The notes beneath the pieces were generated by a model. The model was not told where the DNA came from. It made no database searches and saw only the letters and a program-made list of their open reading frames with translations. Shown here one piece after another: positions 25,897 to 39,576 of a DNA stretch of 59,947 nucleotides. The DNA lies in the NCBI GenBank assembly GCA_026026165.1, contig JAPEUD010000022.1, positions 248,001 to 307,947 on the forward strand. Direction: 5' to 3'. The first letter of the stretch is position 1; every line of letters begins with the position of its first letter. The position numbers were made by a program, and so were the translations under genes. Origin of the DNA: Sarea resinae (taxonomy: Eukaryota).

Positions 25897-27731
25897 TCAT
25901 TCGTCCTGTCCACGCTTTCGCAAATTTTCAAGCCCGTAAAATAGTTCCTGACAATGCTTTATATTGGATGAAGACCCCACATCCACTCCATAGCTGCCGT
26001 TGCTGTTCATTATCTTCGACCGCTGCTTCGAATCCGAGTCTTCTATCCAGGTATTACCGTCCTGTTGCGCAGAGCAAGTAAATGACTGCAGCAACGGAAC
26101 TGCTTGGTGTTCAGAGCTTCGCTGAATTGACGTAGAACAACGCTCATGAATGCCATCAATTGATACTATAATAGCCATCTCCCTTTCATCGACTGAAAGG
26201 TCTAGAATGTTTCCCTTGAGCGATAGACATTGGTGGAACGTCAGACAATTTTCGGCGTTGAATGAGAAACAGAATAGTGCGGATATCCTGTAGTACACTA
26301 GTCATTAAATCGGTATTTTTCGAAGCGAATAGTAGACTTACCCTTCACAAGCAAGCAGAATCTCGCCAGCATTTGCGCCTTTCTCGGACTCCCTGCCCCC
26401 AGAATACTCTCCCCTAAAGCTCCAGATGCCCGACACAGCAATCTTGAATCTGGCTTCATCGTCCTCGGTCTCATCGCCATTCGCATCATCGTCTCTGCTT
26501 TGATCTTCCTCCTGGCCTTCGGTAGCTGCTTTGACAGAGAGCCCACTGTTCGGTTTCGGGAGGATTATGGAGTTGTTTTTCAGGAAATCATCAACCTTGT
26601 CCTTGAGATCCACCTTTTGAATTAAGGCCCCTTTAAGCCAATTCCAAACAAAAAGCTCATCATCGCCTCCCGCGGACACTAAGACGTGGGGATAGAACGT
26701 CGGAACGCATATTCTGCTCACGAATTCCCTGTGGCCCAGACAGTACCCGTCTATGATATAATGTTGTGGTAACCCTCGAGACACTCGAATATGTTCGTCT
26801 CGATCCGAAGTCAGTATATAGTTGCGTTTTCCACCACTAGAAGTTGGATCAGGCAAGGTAACGTTGACAAGGTCAGTCAGCATTGATACATGTCCGATTA
26901 TGAGCTGATGCTCAAAGTCTGGCCCTTGCTTCTCTTTAGCAACTTCTTTCTTTCGGAGCTGGTCTTGAAGAGTTCGCAGATTACGAGCAGTGTGAACTGT
27001 CAGATTGGTAGCCGCTGGTATGAAAGCCTTTTTCGATGCTTCTTGAGCTTTGGCTTCAAGCTCATGTTCAGTATATGGCAGACCAAGAAGTGGAAGGGCA
27101 TAGACATCGCCAAATTTATCGGCGCAGAGTATGACGGTGTCGTCAGAAGCGATGACGACAGCGCAAGGTCTTTTGGGCATGTACCTTCTCTTCATTCAGC
27201 CGTGATATGTCAATTACACACATTGAGAACTCACCTTTCGCTAAAAGGGATCAATTTGCCATGCGTGTCGACTTCGAAGACTCGAAGACATTTGTCCTCT
27301 CCCGTGACCGCAACCACATACTTCCCACTTTGGGTTGAAGTCAAGAGAATCACCGAAGCCTTGGCGAGCTTTTCATTAATTGCCTTGATGGACTCCTGAT
27401 GAGACTTTCCCAAGCTTTGATTCTCTAGCTCTTGAGAAGGGGCCAACTCATGAGAAGGGGCCGACAACTTCCGTCTTTTCCCAGGAGGCTCGGCAGACTC
27501 TTCAGGCACATTCATCGAATGGTCATGTCCCTCCTCTTGACCATTTTCTTTCGGTGAGACACCATCGGGACTAGAAGTATTCTCTGGCCAGATCGACAAT
27601 AAGGTTCCATCATTGAGACTGAAGGAATATATTCGAGGACCGGCTGCAGCCAATAAGATTCCGGTCCCGGCTGAACCCCCGGGCCTGTAACACGCGCATA
27701 AGCATTGAAAAGGATGGTGCATGATATGCAC
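25897..27731 (-). CDS. TRM82: tRNA m7G46 methyltransferase non-catalytic WD40 subunit (start 27731 or 27722)
   Basis: HHPFQC, VAVTGEDK, MPKRP, ADKFGDVY, GHVSMLTD, TSDRDEHIRVSR, LGHREFV, C-terminal LENLRKR; 2 introns. Confidence 0.92.
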
Positions 27732-28030
27732 AGCTCATCTGCCAAAGAAGAGCCCCAAGAACTAGATCAATGGAAGAGAATCTCCCTGTTCCTTCTTCAA
27801 CAAGATTACTGGAGCTGGACGTTGATTCTCATTCTCTAAAGGGTAAACCTTACCTTACTAAAGTGGCATGGGAGCTGCAGTGAATGGGAAGGTATCTCAC
27901 GAAGTTGGAATATGGCGGGGAGGTAGTTCGTACTTTACAGGTACTGTAGCGCATCTGAGGTCACATAAATTGAGAAGGTACTCCAGAGGTAGTACATACT
28001 TCGTATACTGACGGACCGGAATAAATCTTT

Positions 28031-28037
28031 GCCCTAA
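28031..28037. promoter_or_regulatory. GCCCTAA/TTAGGGC element in the TRM82-RPP0 divergent promoter
   Basis: Resembles the Tbf1-type motif of ascomycete ribosomal-protein promoters; a single 7-mer only. Confidence 0.3.
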
Positions 28038-28209
28038 ATCTACTGGCGCTAAATGGGTGGCTCGGTTAGCAGCGCGCACACAGAACATATCGTGAAGTTG
28101 AGTCGCTTACTTTGACTACACTCATCAACCGTCCAACAAGCAGAACGGCACAATTTCAATAGATCATTTATCTTGACCCTTAAACATCCTAACTTCACTC
28201 TAAGAAGAT

Positions 28210-29266
28210 ATGGGGGGCAAGAACAACACCAAGGCCGCTTACTTTGATAAGCTAAAGGGCCTTCTCGAGGAGTACAAGTCGATCTTCATCGTCACCGTCG
28301 ACAATGTCAGCTCACAGCAGATGCACGAGATCCGCCAGTCTATGAGAGGCGAGGGTGTCGTTCTGATGGGCAAGAACACTATGGTATGAAAGACTCACTC
28401 AGAATGGACGGAGACGTTGACATGGATCCGAGGCTGACATGTTACTCTCAGGTTCGCCGTGCCATCAAGGGCTTTCTCTCTGACTTCCCGGAGTATGAGC
28501 GTCTCCTCCCCCATGTCAAAGGTGCGTGACCTAGAAACGTCCCATAGGATTCTGCTGATACCGAGCAGGCAATGTCGGTTTTGTCTTCACCAACGGAGAC
28601 CTGAAGGAGACTCGTGAGAAGATCCTCAGCAACCGTGTCGCTGCACCTGCCAGAGCTGGTGCTGTTGCCCCCGCCGATGTGTTCGTGCCGGCCGGAAACA
28701 CCGGTATGGAACCCGGCAAGACATCTTTCTTCCAGGCCCTCGGTGTCCCAACAAAGATTGCCCGTGGTACTATTGAAATTACCACCGATCTCAAGCTTGT
28801 CGAAGCTGGCAGCAAGGTCGGTGCGTCTGAGGCCACTCTTCTCAACATGCTTAACATCTCCCCCTTCACCTACGGCATGAGCATTTCCCAGGTTTACGAC
28901 CAGGGCCAAACTTTCGACTCCGATGTTCTCGACGTTGAGGAGTCTCAGCTTCTGAAGGCTTTCTCGTCGGCCATCACCACGATTGCGTCAGTTTCGCTCG
29001 CCGTGAATTACCCGACTCTCCCGTCTGTCATGCACTCAGTCGTCAACAGCTACAAGAAGGTGTTGGCCGTTGCTATCGAGACCGAGTACAGCTGGCCGGA
29101 GGTTGAGGAGCTCAAGGACCGCATTGCAAATCCAGACGCCTATGCTTCTGCTGCTCCTGCCGCTGCTGCTGGTGGCGCTGCCGCCCCGGCTGAGGAGACA
29201 AAGAAGGAGGAAGAGGAGGAGAAGGAGGAGTCTGATGAGGACATGGGCTTCGGTCTCTTCGACTAA
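28210..29266 (+). CDS. RPP0: 60S acidic ribosomal protein P0 (uL10)
   Basis: [40 protein letters not shown]-terminal [13 protein letters not shown]; introns 28384-28451 and 28522-28568. Confidence 0.98.
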
Positions 29267-30017
29267 GCAATTGGACACGATTGTCACGAAAGAGGCCGAA
29301 ATATACGACCCCGACACGTGCCATGGCATGCCTGATTTCTGCATAGATACTTGCATTTCTAATGAAAGGTAGACTGAAATCAGACAGCTCTGGGAACTTC
29401 ATGCCCTATGACCTCAAGATGTGATATTCAATGCTAATGAAGAAACGTTCGAGATGGCCAATTGAACAAGTGAGTCACTTTCTTACTTTTAATTTTCATT
29501 ACCCCATTGGCGAAAGATTATATATTTTTAACCCTGATTATCCTATGAGGATAAAAAAGCGACAACAACACTCTAATTTTTTCATGACGCCTGTCGAGAC
29601 AGACTTATCTCTTCGTTTATCTACATTTTTAGAGGAGTGTTCACTAATACGTTCTGTTAGCAGTGAAGAATGTCTGCAGTGTAGCCTTTTTCCCATGCGC
29701 CGTTAGTAGCCCGCACGAACTTGACAAATTCCCTGCATGCTCTTGTACATGAAATCGTACATTCGCCCCAGCTATTCAAAACATGACCTGCCAACGTTCC
29801 CCCCGGAGCTTTTCCAACCTTACCGAGCTTTCCCACAATATCATAATCCATGCATGTCGATGCGGCGTCGTAATTGATACCTAGTTAGAGGCAATGGAAT
29901 TATATTTAATAAGAATAGTATGCGCTCACAATAAGGCCTGTAGCAATTCTGTGTTGTGTCGGCACACGATGGGTACCTTGGTCTAGTTCGATAGAAAGGT
30001 TAACGGGTAGGCTGATT

Positions 30018-30998
30018 TCATTCAACTCTATTGTAAATTCTTGCCAGATCTATATGGAGCCAGTAGACTTCAAAACCCTCTATACCAATGCCATTTAAAC
30101 TCTTCATCACTCCTATGCTTTGTATATTATCTGTCAAGACATCCGCATGTCCTATACCGTCGGCGGCATATCGATCCATTCCTTGATTGAACATCCTCGA
30201 AGCCACGGCCTTCGCCATACCGCGTCCCCGATAAGGCTCCTCCACGTGGAGGCTCATCAGCGAGGCATCAGGCCCCAGGAATGCCCACGCGACAGGGGGT
30301 GAGGTATACCCACCACCTGTACTCTCTTCCCCGTCGACCTGATGGTAGACGGCCACGCTCGGCAGCAGAACCAGTGTCCTCTCCAATCTGGTGATCGAGG
30401 TCCTGCTTTGTACGAGGGGGTAATCCTCTCTCCGCACTTCACCAAAAATGAATCCCTTGGGCAAAGGCTTGACTGGCGGGAGATCCGACTGCGGGAGGAT
30501 GTGCCTTTGGAAAACAAACTTCTGATTTGGTGGCGTATGCCACGGCACGATGCCTGTCCTTTTCAGAGGTTCCAGAGTCCTCGCATGTACGGCTCCGACG
30601 AGAATAAGTTGGGGATTGTTATCACGTGGGTTTGGTGGCTCAGGAAGAGATTTGATATATCTGAAGAGCGAGAGAAGCTGTTCCGTACATATCCGGATAT
30701 TTTCTTCATGCTCCTCGGCCGTTCTATTTTTCTCCAGCTCCAAAGAAGTAAATAGCCATACCTCCGTCTCTGGCGCCCTCGAACGGTCACAGTAGGCTGC
30801 TACGAAATGTTTTGGAGTCGTAGAGGTTTCTGGTGGGAAAGAAGCTAGGATATGAGAATCGGGTGTGCGGCCGTGGAATTGAATGCGCCGAGTCAGAGAG
30901 ATGGAGGTGGGGAGGTGCGGGAGGAGATGCGGGAGGAGAGTTGAGCCGGTGGTAGGGTGCTCGTAGATAATGGTCGGTGAGGCTGTGGTGATGATCAT
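30018..30998 (-). CDS. GNAT acetyltransferase (FR47-like C-terminal domain)
   Basis: Intronless ORF; DRSRAPETEVW, AWAFLGPDASLMSLHVEEPYRGRGMAK (acetyl-CoA motif A), N..S..V. First ATG at 30998. Confidence 0.85.
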   Translation of the reverse strand: MIITTASPTIIYEHPTTGSTLLPHLLPHLPTSISLTRRIQFHGRTPDSHILASFPPETSTTPKHFVAAYCDRSRAPETEVWLFTSLELEKNRTAEEHEENIRICTEQLLSLFRYIKSLPEPPNPRDNNPQLILVGAVHARTLEPLKRTGIVPWHTPPNQKFVFQRHILPQSDLPPVKPLPKGFIFGEVRREDYPLVQSRTSITRLERTLVLLPSVAVYHQVDGEESTGGGYTSPPVAWAFLGPDASLMSLHVEEPYRGRGMAKAVASRMFNQGMDRYAADGIGHADVLTDNIQSIGVMKSLNGIGIEGFEVYWLHIDLARIYNRVE

Positions 30999-31949
30999 TG
31001 TCCTGTGTCTTCGTAGAGATTGATTGACTTGAATTGAAGGGCGCAACCTGGAAAGGGTTTGAGATATGAACTCTCGGGCTGACGCGACTATCACTGTTGT
31101 ATTGCTACGATAGTATCTAATTGTGATGAATTTATTGAAAGCAAAAAACGTGAGTCATCGGCTCATCGAACCTACTCCAAGGTAGTCTTATTTGGCACGC
31201 AGCCTGCATCCTCCCGTGTGTAAAACCACGTTGGCTAAAGCTTACTATGAATAAGTATAAGGCATATAAATTACACACCATGAAGCCTCATCACGACAAG
31301 AACGTTCATACATTCATAGGTCTTCTCGAAACAAGTCAAGGTAGGTATGTAGTAGGTAGGAAGGTAGGTAGATGGATAGAGCTATAGTTATTTTGAGCTG
31401 TGCTATGTTCCGTGTAAGGCTCCGTATTTCCTGAGTAAACAGCCCAGGTACGCAGCAGTCCCTCTCTCAGCCGAACAAAAGTTGCGACACAGTTCCAGAA
31501 CTGTCTGTGGGGTTGTATTTTTCGGGAAGGTTACACGAACAGATGGAAGTAAAGATTAGTAGTAGGGGAAAGATAGGGTGCATATACTTATGAGACATTA
31601 TGCGTGCCTGCAAAGGTATCCGTATCGACTACTTACTTCTGCCCCAGCCACCAATCACGATCGAATGATTGATCTTGGCCCCCAGTATTGATGGTACATG
31701 TGACATCGTACATGTCGCCGAGCTTCAACCTTCAATCGAACTTCGTGTCCTTTTCGTTAAAGCCGGGGTGTGAGTTCCATACAGGTAGTCCTCTTAAAAT
31801 CATCCCAAAGAATAAGAGAGACTTCTTCTTTTCTCCATCCCTCTCGTACAACCAGCACAAGCTTCACAGCCTAGGCAGCCACGTTCCATTCTCTCTCTAC
31901 AACTTCCTCGTCTGTCTACGTGCGAAGCGCGCGTCGACCGTCTGCTAAG

Positions 31950-33946
31950 ATGCGTTTCAACGTCTTGCTTGCAACGGCGCTGTGTTCCACCGCATCGCTG
32001 GTGGGCCACGTCTGCGCCGATGAGATTGATGATGCTCTTGGTGGGGATGCATCTTCTTCACTAGCTGAGACAGCTACTTCGTCGTCTCCGGAGAAGCCTA
32101 CTTTCACGGTATGTGAACCTTTTGCCAGAGCCATGACCTTGAAGCGTTCACTAACGATAACCGCCCGACAGCCAACAACTCTCAAGGCTCCCTTCCTCGA
32201 GCAGTTCACGGACAATTGGGATTCTCGATGGTCGCCGTCGCATGCAAAGAAGAAGGATGACAAAACCACAGAAGAGGAGTGGACCTACGTGGGTACCTGG
32301 TCTGTTGAGGAGCCCCACGTCCTCAAGGGCATTGAAGGCGACAAGGGACTCGTAGTCAAGAACCCTGCCGCGCATCATGCCATCTCGGCCAAGTTTGATA
32401 AGAAGATTGACAACAAGGGCAAAACTCTGGTTGTTCAGTATGAAGTGAAGCTCCAGAGTACGTGCAATGGTCATCTACTGACTCCGCTGGAGATTGAAAA
32501 AAATGGGTCGGCAGGGAAATGCTAATGAAGTATTCTTATAGACGGCCTGGAGTGTGGTGGAGCCTACATGAAGCTTCTTCAAGATAACAAGGCTCTCCAC
32601 GCCGAGGAATTCTCTAATGCCTCGCCCTATGTGATCATGTTTGGTCCTGACAAATGTGGCGCGACTAACAAGGTAAATGTCTCCCTCAAAAACTACAGGT
32701 CAGTTGACTGACTTCATGAAAGGTTCACTTCATCTTCAGACACAAGAACCCCAAGACTGGTGACTATGAAGAGAAGCACCTTAAATCCCCACCGATGGCT
32801 CGCATTGTCAAGACAACCACTCTCTACACCCTGATCGTCAAGCCAGACCAGACTTTCCAGATCCAGATTGATGGTGAAGCTGTCAAGAACGGAACTCTTC
32901 TCGAGGACTTCACTCCTGCGGTCAACCCTGAGAAGGAGATTGATGACCCCAAAGACACCAAGCCAAAGGACTGGGTTGACGAGTCCCGTATCCCCGACCC
33001 TGAGGCAGCCAAGCCAGAAGACTGGGATGAGGATGCGCCCTTCGAAATCGTCGATGAAGATGCGGAGAAGCCCGAAGATTGGCTCGAAGATGAACCCTCA
33101 TTCGTCCCCGACCCAGAAGCTGAGAAGCCCGAAGACTGGGATGACGAGGAGGACGGTGACTGGATCCCCCCAACTGTCCCTAACCCCAAGTGCGACGAAG
33201 TCTCGGGCTGTGGAAAGTGGGAGCCACCGATGATAAAGAACCCGGCCTACAAAGGGAAGTGGACTGCACCATATATTGATAACCCAGCCTACAAGGGCGT
33301 CTGGGCGCCAAGGAAAATCGCCAATCCCAAATACTACGAGGACAAGACCCCAGCCAACTTTGAACCTATGGGTGCTGTAAGTATCATTTGTGATCCGTAA
33401 AGTCAATGCTGTAGCTAACAAACGTTGACATAGATCGGATTCGAGATTTGGACCATGCAAAATGACATCCTCTTTGACAACATCTACATTGGACACTCGA
33501 TTGAAGATGCTGAGAAGCTCAAGGCCGAGACGTTCGACGTCAAGCACGCAATTGAGAAGGAGGAAGAGGCAGCCACTGCCCCCCCGCCACCGGAGAAACC
33601 CAAATCACCTTTGGATCTCAACTTCCTCGATGACCCTGTTCTCTACATCCGCGAGAAGCTTGACCTTTTCCTGACGATCGCCCAGAACGATCCAGTCCAA
33701 GCCATCAAATTTGTGCCGGAAGTTGCTGGGGCCATTGGTGTTCTCGTCGTCACTGTGCTTGGTGTTCTATTTGGATTGGTGGCCAAGGGCAGCAGTGCTC
33801 CACCTCAGGTCAAGAAGGCCGCAGAGAAGGTCAAGGAGACCGCGGCGGATGCTAAGGATGCGGTTGTCGAGGGTGCTGCCACTGGCGCAGATACTGCCAA
33901 GGCCGAGGTTAACAAGCGGACGACCAGGTCTTCGGCGGCAGAGTAA
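31950..33946 (+). CDS. CNE1: Calnexin
   Basis: Signal peptide [43 protein letters not shown] and NPAYKGxW repeats, [10 protein letters not shown] helix and basic tail; 4 introns. Confidence 0.97.
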
Positions 33947-34875
33947 GCGGAATGCCAAAAAAGATGACGTTGTGCTGTGTTAGAAGTATCTGGGGTTGAT
34001 CACTCGTGCTTTGCCATTACGATTACGGATGTGAGATGCGCGCGCAGAAGGGGATTGTCTGTTGTTGGTCGCCGAAAATTCTCTTGAACATGCTCTTTTT
34101 CTCTCGCGCTCGTCGCTGGTCAATGTAGACTAGGCGGATATCTACTCGCTGGTTGCGAAAGTCGTTAACATTGAAGATGATATGATTTCGTATATGGGAT
34201 CGGAGCAATTGCGCACCAGAGCGGCTAAACGGCTGCGTCGACAGCGAAAGAATCGACTTGAGTGGATACGAGTACAGGTTTGGTGATCTCTTCAAGTAGT
34301 CTGACGTTGGAACGAACGGTAAGGGTACCTACCGAGTACGTCGTGCCTATCACCACCATTTCCCCACAAGGGGCAACGTGTGTCGAAGGTTATTGTGGTC
34401 TTGCCGGGCCGGTGTGAAGGTCGAAGTACTCCGGAGTACCTCTCGCCCAAGCAGAGAGATGTGGAGCAGCCGCTGAATCGCAAACCCCGCATTCTCGCTG
34501 GTCTCAGGGACCCTCGGGCCTAGGAGCAACATCCCCATTCGACTCATTCTCTTACCGTAGCCATAGTACTCGTACTCGTACCTACATACCTTACATAGTA
34601 GTAGAGATACTCGGATCTGGGCCCGAGGGCCGGCCTTATGTAATTTCGTATATCGGAGGTAAGCTTTCTCCATACTTCATACCTTTACATACAACCCCTC
34701 AATCTAGAGTCTGGGATAAGTATTTCCGCGGTCGCCCAGCATTGACCATATCTTCGGGCTCCGCAGCTGCTTCCATACACTCTTAGAGCCAGGAATCGGA
34801 TTCGGGAGATTTGATCCTTCTTTCTCTTCTCCATTGCCATCGTCTTTTTGGTGTTGCGTGCAGCTCTATTCCATC

Positions 34876-36722
34876 ATGGCTGTTGCTCGGCGAGCTCTTT
34901 TGAGGTCTATTCCAGCACGGACGGCGAGGCCCTCGTCCCCGTCTGTTGCATGCCTCACGTCCAGATTACCTCGGCCTTTTCAGAGTCGCCGGAATATTTC
35001 ACGGCCTTTTCATGTCTCTACCCTTCGTTCAAAGCCTGCCACCACCACAGCTGCCAGCACTAAAGAGGATTATCCCTCTTCTCATGAGCCAGTGCAGTCG
35101 CCTATCGATACGCAGAACTTCGTTGACAATGAATTCGTCCCCTCAGCGGCTTCTACTTGGTTCGATCTTTACGATCCGGCCACGAACAATCTCGTGACCC
35201 GAGTGCCCCAGAGCACAGACGAAGAGCTCAAAGCCGCTGTTGACAGTGCCCGAGAAGCTTTTCCAGCATGGAAGGCTACGAGTCTATTAGCTCGGCAGCA
35301 GATCATGTTCAAATTTGTTGCCTTGATCAGGGAGCATTGGGATCGATTGGCAGCGAGCATCACTCTTGAGCAGGGCAAGACCTTTGCAGATGCCAAAGGT
35401 GATGTGCTCAGGGGGCTGCAAGCCGCCGAGACAGCTTGTGGTATCACTACACAAATGACGGGCGAGCTTCTGGAGGTTTCGAGAGACATGGAGACGAGAA
35501 GCTACAAGGAACCGTTGGGGGTGGTAGCCGCTATCTGTCCATTCAGTAAGTTCGGGCGGCATCGGCGTACCAAGAGGTGCCTGTTAATTGAGAGCCTTTA
35601 GATTTCCCCGCTATGATTCCCCTGTGGTGTATTCCCATTGCTACGATCACCGGCAACTGCATTGTCATCAAGCCATCCGAGAAAGATCCCGGTGCCACCA
35701 TGATCCTCGCCGAATTAGCAAAGGATGCAGGCTTCCCCAAGGGTGTCATAAACATCGTCCATGGGGCCGCCAACACCGTCGACTTCATCATCGATGAGCC
35801 CGCAATCAAGGCTATCAGTTTCGTCGGCAGCAACAAGGCCGGAGAGTATATTTATACTCGTGGTTCGGCCAACGGAAAGCGAGTGCAAGCCAATCTGGGA
35901 GCAAAGAATCATGCCGCTCTACTACCCGATTGCAACAAGAACCAGGCTCTCAACGCCATTGTAGGTGCAGCATTCGGTGCTGCTGGACAAAGATGCATGG
36001 CTCTGAGTGCCCTAGTTGCCGTGGGTGAAACCAAAGCATGGCTCCCGGAAATTGCGGAGCGTGCCAAGAAGCTCAGCGTGAATGGCGGGTTTGAGGAGGG
36101 CGCGGACCTTGGCCCTGTCATAACTCGTGAAGCCAAGGAGAGGATTGAGAATCTCATACAGACCGCAGAGGACGAGGGCGCGACGATCCTTCTTGATGGC
36201 CGAGGTTGCAAGCCAGAGAAGTATCCCAACGGTAATTTTGTAAGTCTCGGGTTTGCTCCATTATGCCATCGAAAATATCACACTGACTCCTTTTCTCCTT
36301 AGGTGGGCCCGACCATTATCACGGGCGTCAAACCGCATATGCAATGCTACAAGGAAGAGATCTTCGGGCCCGTCCTTGTCTGCCTAGAAGAGCCTACCCT
36401 CGACTCTGCCATTGATCTTATCAATGCCAACGAGTATGGCAACGGCGTCGCCATCTTCACTCGCTCCGGCGCTACTGCAGGTCGCTTCCAGCGCGATATT
36501 GAGGCTGGACAGGTCGGCATCAACGTTCCGATACCGGTACCTATCGCCACTTCTTTCTCCTTTACAGGAAATAAGAAGAGCATCGCTGGCGGAGGCGGGA
36601 ACTACTTTTATGGCAAGCATGGACTTAACTTTTACACTCAGGTCAAGACTGTCACCAGCCTCTGGCGGAGTGAGGATGCGGTTGCGACAAAGGCGAGTGT
36701 AAATATGCCGACGCATGGCTAG
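34876..36722 (+). CDS. Methylmalonate-semialdehyde dehydrogenase (ALDH6 family), mitochondrial
   Basis: Presequence [65 protein letters not shown]; 2 introns. Confidence 0.95.
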
Positions 36723-37224
36723 GAAGCAGGAAGCTTTAGTGGGATATAGTAGGCTACGCGGCTGAGAAATTGTATATGGACCGAGTAGTCATGGGCAGTG
36801 GCAAAGGATGAAAGTTCAATTTGGGTGCGAAATCACCGCAAAGATTTATATTTTGGTCACGATCAAGGATTGAGAAATATGTAAGAGATAGCCTGTTGAG
36901 CTCTACTGTAGCCATGCCGAATCAGGTTTGAGAGCAAGGATTTCGGTCGATCGGAAGTGAAGGGGATAATGAGAGGCTCCATGTAGTGATGCACTGATTC
37001 CGTAGAGGTCCTACATAACCTAAGTACCTACCGTGGGGGCTGCATATCGATGATGTCGTGCCATGCGATGTAATTGTTTATCGAGCGCTTTCGACCTTGT
37101 CCACAACCCCGTATTATAAGATTCAGCTTCATCTACAATTATTACCCGTCCCGTCCCTTTTTCAATCCAATGACCATGATTTACTGATTCACGTTCTTAA
37201 GAACCTGCTGCATTCTTCCTTTCC

Positions 37225-38985
37225 ATGGATCTGTCAGATCTCCCAAATGACATTTTCCTTTTGATCATACAATATCTGCCAGTACAAGATGTCATTCGGA
37301 GCCGCTTTGTTTCAAAGAGATGGAAGGCCGCATTTACGAACAGCCAGCTTATGCGGGACCTCCTAAAGCGAGATTATTGTAATGCATGCGAAGTTCGGCA
37401 GGTCACTGAAGCTGGACTCTTGGATGAGCAGCTTGCAGACCATGGGCAGATCGATTGGGTTAAGCTGCTTGATCGGGTCGCAGCACGGTACCAGGCCCTT
37501 CTTCTGGCCAAACCTCGCGTCATAGAAAGACTCCCCTTGTATAGTCCACAGCAGCAGCATTCGGGGCGCAGATTGCATTTTTACGGTGTCGCGGGCTGGG
37601 AGAGGCATCTTGAATATCTGCATCATGTGTTTGAATTCCACCATCCGGAGCCGTTCTGGGCTTATGATGATGGACTTTTGGCGTTCCCGGATATGGCCTC
37701 GGGCCTTTATGTGCTTCGTGATTTGGCATCGAATTCGACCATCAAAATTCCCTTTGAGACAGAAGGCAAGATCATGAGAAGAGTACGCATGAAAGACAGG
37801 CTGCTTGTCTTTGAATGGGCCGAAGAATATCCGTTTCATCGCCTCAACGAGACGGAAGAGGTCCATCGTCATTTCGCAACTGCGTACGACATTTTTCCTG
37901 ACGGGAAAGATGCATCATCAATACCGATTCTATCGGGCAGAGGCTCTTCTATCAATTGGCTCATCGAGTACCGCAATGAATGGAAGACACATTTCCTCGG
38001 CATGCCACTGAACAATAAAGACAGGTTCTTCACCGCCCACACACGCACCCACCACGCCATCTACACCTGGCAACCCAATCGCAGTGCCTGGGGCGAAGAC
38101 GAACCCCTCGAATCACTCGTTGTGTGGGACATCAGCTCTCGTTCTCCCTCTCCGTCTGCCACCCAGACCCGGTCCAGGCCAGACCATGAAGACTCCCCCT
38201 CTGCAAACCCCAGCGGCAATACTAAAACCAACACCGGCCCCCATATGATCAAAATTCTCAACTTCCGCGACTTAGCCTTCTACAACGTACGCCAGGGCCC
38301 CACGCCATCCCTATCCCATCTCGACATCGACGACGATCAGGTGTATTTCCGCGAAGAAGACTGCGCTTTCCTGTATGGCCACCAAGTCGGGGTGCACCGA
38401 GGTCGACTCTTCAGCGAGCGAGTAGTTGCCATCCCGCTAGTCGGTGATCATGGGCCTGCATGGGAGCAAAACAGGAATGATGAAAACACGGCACTGGGTG
38501 TAAGGATCAGGCCACCTGAGAAGTGGCAAGCTATGTGTGAACGGTTTCTTGTTGGTGCTCGTTTTCCTTGATGTTCTGCCATCTTACTCTCACCCCCTTT
38601 TCCCCCATCCTTTGTTTGACATCTTCATTTCCTTTCCCCTGACTTATAGCGCAACATATAGAACTGGCCGACACTTCGCCTCACTACCCTCCACGACAAG
38701 GCCGCAGGAATCTCGTTCTGGGCCGAGCAACTCCTTTGGCACCATGATGAGCCACACCGACGGCCGCCCATTTTCGCGGTTCAGATCGGAAGTTCTTGGA
38801 GGTTGAATTCTCCGGCGGCGGTATGGAGGGAGATTTTAGGTGGGTTCGAGATTGCGGGGGATGAGAGGTGGGTGATAGGTGAATGTAGAGGGGTGAAGGG
38901 ACGTGGAGAGGAAGACAGTCGGAAACTGGATAGAGAGGGAGGGCCAGAGGATGACGGTGACGAGCTCGTCGTGTGCCGATTTTGA
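37225..38985 (+). CDS. F-box domain protein; donor of the last intron uncertain (38500 or 38551), acceptor 38661
   Basis: N-terminal LSDLPNDIFLLIIQYL..RFVSKRW. Second exon 38662-38985 is open and ends GDERWVIGE..ELVVCRF. Confidence 0.8.
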
Positions 38986-39531
38986 GGCGATATACCGAGC
39001 ATTGCTCTTTCAGTCGAGCGCTTTTTGTGTTTTCTAAGCCTACGTCACGAATATCATCACGGCCGGTGCAGGAATAGGGGTTGATCTCTGACAAGCACCC
39101 CTTGTGAGTATCGTCGAGCATCGGACGACGAAGTGAAATGAGACGATCTCCCCTTTTTGGCAGAGACTTCAAGGCCAAGCCCAAGAAAAATTCCGGACTT
39201 GCCGTTGAACATCGGACAGATCAAACATCAAACGTCTAAACAATATTGCTTAAATACTTGAGGGCAAACTCCACGACATAGATATTCGACCATTCTTTGC
39301 CCGAACTCCAAAGCATCCACAGTCCTCGACCGTCCCGCTCTATCCTTGAAACATTCGGACCCAATCTGCGAATGAGACGTTCGATGAAAAAGTCGGCCCG
39401 GGATCCGACAGCTCTGGGAACCATCATCGAGCATCAGAGAAGGAGGACGGACTTGTAACGTAGACGCTCGGCGCGTTTGCCAGGCACTCCCGAACAAATC
39501 ACACAAACTCAGGGGATACAAAGCAATCTAG

Positions 39532-39576
39532 GACAGACAGACAGACAGACAGACAGACAGATGGACAGATGGACAG
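39532..39576. repeat. (GACA)n / GATGGACA microsatellite
   Basis: gacagacagacagacag...atggacagatggacag. Confidence 0.9.

Noticed and set aside
31648..31755. Possible UPR element upstream of calnexin (CCAAT; TCGTGTCCT)
   Set aside because: Only a partial match to HacA or ERSE consensus.
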